This document shows positions 7,953-14,150 of a stretch of 14,150 nucleotides of DNA, piece by piece; within the stretch, counting starts at the first letter, position 1, and the number at the start of each line of letters is the position of its first letter. Both the position numbers and the translations under genes were made by a program. The notes below the pieces were generated by a model. That model did not search any database. It had not been told where the DNA came from and worked only from the letters and a program-made list of their open reading frames with translations. Where the stretch lies: the NCBI GenBank assembly GCA_045105515.1, contig JBGCDR010000019.1, forward strand, positions 1 to 14,150, written 5' to 3'. This DNA is from Oligoflexales bacterium (GTDB lineage: Bacteria; Bdellovibrionota_B; Oligoflexia; Oligoflexales; Bog-1112).

Positions 7953-9329
7953 TTGAAACAATATACCATGATAGATACTTTGTTGATTTTTATCTGCTTT
8001 TGTTTACAAACAAAAGCTATCTATGGAAATGAGACCATAAATGTTCAGATTGCTGGAAACTCTTTTGAAGTAAATAAGATTTCCAGCAGTAGGGGGCCAG
8101 ATGCAATCGATCTAAGCCCAATCTTTAAGGACCTCGGTTTTAAAATCTATGATCCAGGATTGACATACACAGTCTCTACTAGCTCATCTATCTCCTTTAT
8201 TGATGGACCTGCAGGTAAACTACTCTATCGTGGTTATCCAATCGAAAGTCTCGTGTTAAAAGACTATGTAGAAGTAGCTTACCTGCTTATTTTTGGGCAA
8301 TCTCCTTCTGAAAAAGAGTTATACGATTTCAACGAGCGGATACGCCACTATGCCCAACTCAATCCTTCAATGTCAAAAAATATAAGCGACCATGCTAAGC
8401 ACTCAGACTCAATGAGTTTACTGGCTAGATTTATCATGACTTTAGCAGACTACAAAACCCACCTAAATAAGGAGAATCTAAATCAAGATGAGAAACTAGA
8501 TTTTATGGCATTAGTTCTTGGAAAAATACGTAGCTTTGTCACAAAACTTTACCAAGTCAAAACAAATACAACTCTTTCTTCTGACAGTAAGTATTTTTTT
8601 GATCACGATAGTTCATACAGTGAATCTTTTGTTAAAGAGGCTTACCGAGGATCTGAGTTAGAAGAAAACCTATCACTAGCATCTAAAGCTATCAATATGT
8701 TGTTAGTATTACACGCAGACCATGGTCAAAACTGTTCGACATCCACTTTAAGAGGTGTCATTTCGGCAAAAGCATCACCTTTTTTTGCTCTTAATGCCGA
8801 GGTTTCAGCCCTTTCTGGAGCGGCTCACGGTAAAGCAAATCATGATGTCATTAAACTCTTAAAAAGTATCGAAAAAAAAATCTATGCCAAACAAGAGATT
8901 TTTGGTGGAGAACCAGTTGACTACCTCACTAGCGAAATTGATATCCTTTTAGCTAGGGTAAGAAACAAGGAAATTCTGCTTCCTGGCTTTGGACACAGGG
9001 TCTATACTTCCTTTGACCCCAGAGCAAGAATTCTCAAAAAACTGAGCAATGAAGTTTTAGCTACGTTCGATAAAGGAAAAGGCCTTTTGACTATAGCGTC
9101 GGCGTTGGAACAAGCAGCCCTAGCAGAACCTTTTTTGATTAAACGCAATCTATACCCAAATTTAGATTTCTATTCTGGGATAATCTATACAGCCCTTGAA
9201 ATCCCAGAGGAAATGCTAACAGTAATGTTCGCCTTTGGGAGAGTATCAGGATGGCTAGCTAACTACCATGAAATGACTAATGAGCCGTTTAAAATTTGGC
9301 GTCCTGGACAGGTATATATAGGTGAATAA
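7953..9329 (+). CDS. gltA: Citrate synthase (type II/GltA-like, divergent) with N-terminal signal-peptide-like extension
   Basis: YDPG...SISFIDG..GKLLYRGYPIE, EVAYLLIFG, LHADHGQNCSTST, GAAHGKAN, GFGHRVY..FDPRA, LYPNLDFYSG, FAFGRVSGW, RPGQVYIG. TTG start with AAGGA RBS (7940-7944); alternative ATG at 7968. The symbol denotes homology; this may be a paralogue rather than the housekeeping gene. Confidence 0.92.
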   Translation: MKQYTMIDTLLIFICFCLQTKAIYGNETINVQIAGNSFEVNKISSSRGPDAIDLSPIFKDLGFKIYDPGLTYTVSTSSSISFIDGPAGKLLYRGYPIESLVLKDYVEVAYLLIFGQSPSEKELYDFNERIRHYAQLNPSMSKNISDHAKHSDSMSLLARFIMTLADYKTHLNKENLNQDEKLDFMALVLGKIRSFVTKLYQVKTNTTLSSDSKYFFDHDSSYSESFVKEAYRGSELEENLSLASKAINMLLVLHADHGQNCSTSTLRGVISAKASPFFALNAEVSALSGAAHGKANHDVIKLLKSIEKKIYAKQEIFGGEPVDYLTSEIDILLARVRNKEILLPGFGHRVYTSFDPRARILKKLSNEVLATFDKGKGLLTIASALEQAALAEPFLIKRNLYPNLDFYSGIIYTALEIPEEMLTVMFAFGRVSGWLANYHEMTNEPFKIWRPGQVYIGE

Positions 9330-9382
9330 TAACCGGGAGATATAGAATCAACTGGACGTTCAATCAAACATTTAATTCAAAA

Positions 9383-10915
9383 CTACTCAAAATTATTAAC
9401 TCTAAGATATTCTAAAGCAGCATCACCTTTTAAAAAGCCCAAACCTAAGGAGCCCGAATCTTGGGTTCCCTGTAATGCGGCTTCCCGCAAAGTGGTATAA
9501 ACAATATTTGTTGCATTTTTTTTAGTAAAATGTATGTAGGGATCCCTTGCAATTACCTCAAATAAAAGAGCTGCGAAGGCAGAAAGCTGCGGAGCTGCAA
9601 AAGAACTACCAGACTCGAAGACAACATTCGCCCAACTAAAAAGGCCTTCACCATTAAGAGCAAGGCTATGGGTATATATAGCTTCAAAGCTTCCTGGGAC
9701 TGTTGCTGTTAGAGCAGCTTCTTGCCCAGATAATTCTGCATTAATGGTAAAAAATACTTTTGGTGCCTCTTCCCAGCTTTTTACATAATCACGAATTAAA
9801 GCCGTATCATATGCTGACAAGTCACCTGGCTTCCCTAAACCCAATCTTTGACGCCTTGGAGAAAGGATACCATTAATATCAGTTCCAGAATTGCCCATAG
9901 CTTTACTAATAATAGCACTTTCTCCAATGAAGCTTAAAAATCTAGCAAATTGGCGATTTACCTTCCCACCTTGACCTATGAAAGGGCGACTAATATTGAC
10001 TACCTGGTACCCATCAACAAAGGCAATATATTTGAAAGCCTCGATGGCATGAGAATTTGATGCTGCAATGGGAATGATGGTAGCTTGAGGAGCTAGAGTC
10101 AAGATCACATCAATCACAGCGTTTCCATGGCTAAGCGAAACCGGATTTCCAAAGGTCTTTAAATCTAATATTCTTGCTCCGTCATAATGCCTTCTTTGTT
10201 TTTTTAATAGCTCAGAATCAAACAAGTCAAAAACTACTATACCTACATCCTTGCCATTATAATTGGCTCTTAAATTCTTTGATTGACTTAGATGCAACTT
10301 AGGATGAAGAAAATCTATTATAACATTTATGGCGGCATTCCAATCGTATATCTGTTGCTTTATAAGCTTTTCATGATCCTTATCACTAGAGCTATCTTCA
10401 AGCAATATTTCCAATAATTGCCAATACTCACCAACTTGTGCTGGCCATTTATAAACTCTCTCTTGCTCAAGCCATAGCATCCTTAGTTTTTCTAGAATTC
10501 CAATTGGATTTTTTGAATTAAGCGGAAGCTTGCTGACCCTAAAAAAGATATCTCTTACTAAACTGTGCATACGGAGCACTAGTGGGCTTAGTGAATCTCC
10601 AACAGGGGGGATGCCAAGTCTAGAATTAATTAGGCCAACCCCCTCAATGACACAATTAACATGAGTTTCCAGATGCAAGAGAATTTGGTGCTTAGAAACT
10701 GAATGTCTTTTTCCATCACTATTAAAAATAGAAGTAAGAAAGACTCTAAGTGCATCTTCTGAAGAAGCTGTATCTATTTCGCTACAAAAATTTGGCTTAT
10801 CTATTACCAAGTTAGATAATTGTCTTCCTAACAATTTTCCAGGACCTGGGCAAATAAAACCATTAAAGACAAAAAAAGCTATAAAATAATTAGCTCTAAT
10901 ACAGACCGAAAACAT
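9383..10915 (-). CDS. Divergent S8 (subtilisin-like) serine peptidase with large N-terminal domain and hydrophobic leader
   Basis: Catalytic residues in subtilase order: D230 (YNGKDVGIVVFD), H263 (SHGNAV), oxyanion N342 (KAMGNSG), S438 (SGSSFAAPQLSAFAALL), plus C-terminal LGLG.L. RBS AAGGGA upstream. Confidence 0.82.
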   Translation of the reverse strand: MFSVCIRANYFIAFFVFNGFICPGPGKLLGRQLSNLVIDKPNFCSEIDTASSEDALRVFLTSIFNSDGKRHSVSKHQILLHLETHVNCVIEGVGLINSRLGIPPVGDSLSPLVLRMHSLVRDIFFRVSKLPLNSKNPIGILEKLRMLWLEQERVYKWPAQVGEYWQLLEILLEDSSSDKDHEKLIKQQIYDWNAAINVIIDFLHPKLHLSQSKNLRANYNGKDVGIVVFDLFDSELLKKQRRHYDGARILDLKTFGNPVSLSHGNAVIDVILTLAPQATIIPIAASNSHAIEAFKYIAFVDGYQVVNISRPFIGQGGKVNRQFARFLSFIGESAIISKAMGNSGTDINGILSPRRQRLGLGKPGDLSAYDTALIRDYVKSWEEAPKVFFTINAELSGQEAALTATVPGSFEAIYTHSLALNGEGLFSWANVVFESGSSFAAPQLSAFAALLFEVIARDPYIHFTKKNATNIVYTTLREAALQGTQDSGSLGLGFLKGDAALEYLRVNNFE

Positions 10916-11079
10916 AGCTTCCCTTGATTTTCAATTGCTAAATATTTGTACTATGTGAAGTATTTATGAGTTTTTAGATAAGTTCAAGCTTAGAATCAAA
11001 TATTGAAAACCAGGAAAAGATATGGACTTTATAGTGGGGGAAGGTTGATTATTCTATTGAGCTGTATTAAAAGTGAGCA

Positions 11080-11925
11080 CTAAAAGCGAATACTCCAAGG
11101 AGTCCAACGAAAATGATTCATCAATATGATAAAGATAAAACAGACAATTACCCCCAATTTTTCAGAATCACTTCCATGACTTGATTCTCCCGCCGGAGCA
11201 CCAGGTGGAGAGAGAGCACATAGCATAATAGTTTTAGATACAATTCCGTTGAACGAGAAAAGCTTGATAGCAACAAAAGCCGCAGCAAACCCAGTACCCA
11301 TTCTAAGCAAGACTGAAGCCAGGCTTTCGCCAAAATTCATACTACCAAATGGATGAAATAATGTTCCAAGGTATATTAAGATTATGGAAAATGAAGCACC
11401 ATAGACTGGTCTAATAATTTTCCCTAAAACTGGGATTTTATAACCAGTAATTGCAATTACAATTCCTAGAACCGTTGCAATAACGATGGGCTCCTTAATC
11501 AACTGCCTCCAATCGATATTTGAGCTTTTCATTATTTCATTGGCGAAAAAGGATCCTATCAGAAAGGAGCTTGCAGTGCCAAACCCTTTTGATCCGAAAA
11601 TCATAGCTATCAGAGGAAAGGTAAAATAAGCGACATTAGGAAAAGCTGCATCTGATGAAACTTTTACGCTCGTACGACTATTGACTTTTTCAAAAACTAG
11701 CTTACTAAGTGCAGTTACAGCTGCACCTGAAAGAACAATTAATGTAAGAGTTTTAACTGGAATGCGACTGGATACCGAATTATAAATTATTACTGGTAAG
11801 AATAAATAGCGTATGAGTGGAAACATATTGCTCGGATTTAGGTGGGCCCATCGAGCTAAGCAGTAACCAATTCCCACAAGGGATATGAAGGGAACATATG
11901 TGTTTGAGAAACCTAAAAAAGTCAT
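11080..11925 (-). CDS. AEC (auxin efflux carrier/malate permease-like) family transporter
   Basis: 281 aa with 8-10 hydrophobic segments. Motifs ..LVGIGY.LAR, IRYLFLP.IIY, AAFPNVAYFTFPL...IFG..G, LIKEPIVIA.VLG, LIYLG, LLRM and A.SPP match the AEC two-fold repeat pattern. RBS GAGG upstream. Confidence 0.8.
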   Translation of the reverse strand: MTFLGFSNTYVPFISLVGIGYCLARWAHLNPSNMFPLIRYLFLPVIIYNSVSSRIPVKTLTLIVLSGAAVTALSKLVFEKVNSRTSVKVSSDAAFPNVAYFTFPLIAMIFGSKGFGTASSFLIGSFFANEIMKSSNIDWRQLIKEPIVIATVLGIVIAITGYKIPVLGKIIRPVYGASFSIILIYLGTLFHPFGSMNFGESLASVLLRMGTGFAAAFVAIKLFSFNGIVSKTIMLCALSPPGAPAGESSHGSDSEKLGVIVCFIFIILMNHFRWTPWSIRF

Positions 11926-12049
11926 GTTTATCCTCTAGATGTAGACTTCCAGGTGAATCGGAAGCATTTAACAAAACCTAAAGGATAAAATCAGTTTTCA
12001 AACTAAGGTATCTATCTTTACAAAAAATTATGTCGCCAATATTATTTTA

Positions 12050-12976
12050 TTATTTCAACATTTTATACAAAGTACAAAAAGCAGTAAAACCAATTAATAA
12101 TGGATTTGTTCCCAGCTGACTTGCCGAACTTGATGAATAGTGGCAGCTCAAACGATTACTTCCTGACCAGTCTATTGGACACTTGTTAAACTCATCATTA
12201 TATGTGTCTGCTGCTACTGTTTTATAAGCATCCAATGTATTGCGATACTCGGCATTCCATGTGCTAAATCGAAGAATGGTATCAACTTCTTTTTCAGACA
12301 ACCAGATTCCAGTTGAGTTGCTAATGGTATTATTAGATTGGATGAGTTTTAAGGTCTCCTCCCAAGTTATCTGGCCTTGAATTGGTCCATTCAAAGAACC
12401 TTTGATTGCTAGATCTTCCACAATATCTCTACCGTCTTCACACCAGTCATCATATTCATCTGCAGCTGCAAGTTCGCATTTATCTGGAAAAAGGGTAGTT
12501 TTGTAACAACCGCTATGCCCAATATAAGCTCCATCGAATTTTTTATTCATGAGATCTCTTAGTTCATCTTCCAAGCTGCCAGTAAACAATGTTACGGGCA
12601 GAAGTGTGTTAACTTGCCTGCCTTTTAGAGATGTTATTGTTGCTGAGTTAAAAAAATAATAGTTTTCCTGAGTAGAATTTGAAAATGAAGCTATCCTCCT
12701 TTCAGCTTGATCCAATAAATATTTTTTCAGACCTTCGTCCATTTCACGAGATTCTTTCTCAATCTCGTCTTGAGCACTACAAGCAAAGTTGCGACCATCT
12801 TCACAAGCTCTCCTTTTCGCTTCCTTTTTTTCGCTATCACAGGAATTTCCTGATGACGAAGATAAGGCACGGATGCCCCTTTCATTAGCTAAGCTATAGT
12901 GATTCAAAGAGGCTAAACAAATAAAACTAACTAAAAGAATACGTCCTAATGCGATAAAATTAGTTTTCATTTTCAT
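12050..12976 (-). CDS. Hypothetical secreted Cys-rich protein with C-terminal hydrophobic tail
   Basis: Signal-like leader ending ...HYSLA|NE, eight Cys in the predicted mature domain, and C-terminus SSSSASQLGTNPLLIGFTAFCTLYKMLK. RBS-like AAGGG upstream. Confidence 0.8.
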   Translation of the reverse strand: MKMKTNFIALGRILLVSFICLASLNHYSLANERGIRALSSSSGNSCDSEKKEAKRRACEDGRNFACSAQDEIEKESREMDEGLKKYLLDQAERRIASFSNSTQENYYFFNSATITSLKGRQVNTLLPVTLFTGSLEDELRDLMNKKFDGAYIGHSGCYKTTLFPDKCELAAADEYDDWCEDGRDIVEDLAIKGSLNGPIQGQITWEETLKLIQSNNTISNSTGIWLSEKEVDTILRFSTWNAEYRNTLDAYKTVAADTYNDEFNKCPIDWSGSNRLSCHYSSSSASQLGTNPLLIGFTAFCTLYKMLK

Positions 12977-13325
12977 CAGATACCCTTTTCTAAATTTCGA
13001 TTCCTTGTGTACAATACTTAAGCAACAAACATTCCATCACCTTTATTTAGCGCTATAAAATGAACCATACTATTTAATTGCTTGTAAACAGTATTTTTTT
13101 AATTTCCCTGGGCGTTACTCATAAATAAAGTCATCATTTAAATCAAAATATTATTTCAATCACAACAATGCTCAAAAGTTTTTCCTTTTTTAGAAATCAA
13201 ATTATAAATATCCTAGAATATATGGAATATGTGAAAAATGATCGATTTTTAACTTGAGGTTTCGAAATTAAGAGTATAGTGTATGTCGTTTGCTTACGCG
13301 ACAAAAACATTAGAAAGATTCAATT

Positions 13326-14042
13326 GTGAAGATATTTTACTACTTCATATTCTTAATGTTCTGCACCAGCTCTAGCTCCAAAGCTGGAACCTCATATTCA
13401 AAACCTAAGGCAGCAACTCGTAAAGTTGTCATTTGGGAACAAGTTTGGCTATATTCATCGTATTTAAGATCCCCCTTAAAAGACAAACCCATTAAAAATA
13501 TTAGAAAAAATCAAATCAGAAAACTCTTAGATAAAACCAAGAGAAGAGTGCCGATTGAAGGTAGTTGGTCTTCAAAACATATATATATTTTCCAAAATAA
13601 GAAATTATTTCTACCCAAACACGGAAGCGACCTATTCATTTTTGCTTCCCTAGTACATTTTACAATTGATCATGAAAATAGTTCCAATCAAGAAACTACA
13701 CAAATAAAATACCTCCCCTTATACAAAACTGGAGATGCCTATCCATGCGCTATCATCGTTGAATCTGAATTATTGGATTTAATAAACGAAGACATTCCTG
13801 AAGGCCACTTCAGCAAAGAACTTAACGTATCAAATTTTGGCAAGTACCGAGCAAAAACAGTAGATAATTTCCAAAAAGTTTTCCTTCATATGAATCTACT
13901 ACCAAGTATTTTGAATGCGATAGGTTTAAAGTTACCGGATGATGCCGAATTTGAACTTTCTCATGCTGCAAAATCCATTCGAGTAAACAGGTTTTATCAT
14001 CACCCAGACACGAGCATTGACCGAAATGCTTTTATTTCTTAA
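13326..14042 (+). CDS. Hypothetical secreted protein
   Basis: 238-codon ORF in AT-rich DNA with GTG start and leader MKIFYYFIFLMFCTSSSSKA|G. No family recognised. Confidence 0.72.
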   Translation: MKIFYYFIFLMFCTSSSSKAGTSYSKPKAATRKVVIWEQVWLYSSYLRSPLKDKPIKNIRKNQIRKLLDKTKRRVPIEGSWSSKHIYIFQNKKLFLPKHGSDLFIFASLVHFTIDHENSSNQETTQIKYLPLYKTGDAYPCAIIVESELLDLINEDIPEGHFSKELNVSNFGKYRAKTVDNFQKVFLHMNLLPSILNAIGLKLPDDAEFELSHAAKSIRVNRFYHHPDTSIDRNAFIS

Positions 14043-14150
14043 TTGAGTCAGTATAACTACTTGTTTAAATTTTCCGACACATCAGTTAATTCAACTATTT
14101 CGTACTAATTTATTTTTGTCCTATCAAGGCCAACTTGATGCTTTATAAAT

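Noticed and set aside
9330..9382. Expected bidirectional terminator between the citrate synthase and S8 genes
   Set aside because: No convincing GC-rich hairpin with a U-tract was seen.
11148..11974. Two short alternative-frame minus-strand ORFs (11148-11333, 11780-11974)
   Set aside because: They overlap the AEC gene, which has its own RBS and a complete frame.
12860..12886. RGIR/RAL after the signal peptide as an RxLR/PEXEL host-targeting motif
   Set aside because: Imperfect match to short, eukaryote-specific motifs; likely chance.
12679..12888. 69-aa plus-strand ORF
   Set aside because: Antisense to the 308-aa secreted-protein gene.
13254..13280. TTGAGG...TATAGT sigma70-like promoter
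   Set aside because: Spacer is only 15 nt, and such matches are common in AT-rich DNA.

Overview
AT-rich bacterial accessory region dominated by genes for predicted exported proteins. It opens with the right end of an IS21-family element (istB tail plus terminal repeats) next to an N-terminally truncated PAS-HisKA-HATPase-REC hybrid kinase whose phospho-acceptor His is replaced by Arg. Next come a secreted purple-acid-phosphatase-type enzyme with three exact 162-aa repeats and a Cys-rich tail domain, an MHS-family MFS transporter, an orphan secreted protein and a probable frameshifted pseudogene. These are followed by a GltA-type citrate synthase with an unexpected signal-peptide-like leader, a divergent S8 peptidase, an AEC-family transporter and two more orphan secreted proteins. 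The most unusual element is the apparently exported citrate synthase with intact catalytic residues. All family calls are from motif recognition by eye; no searches were run.
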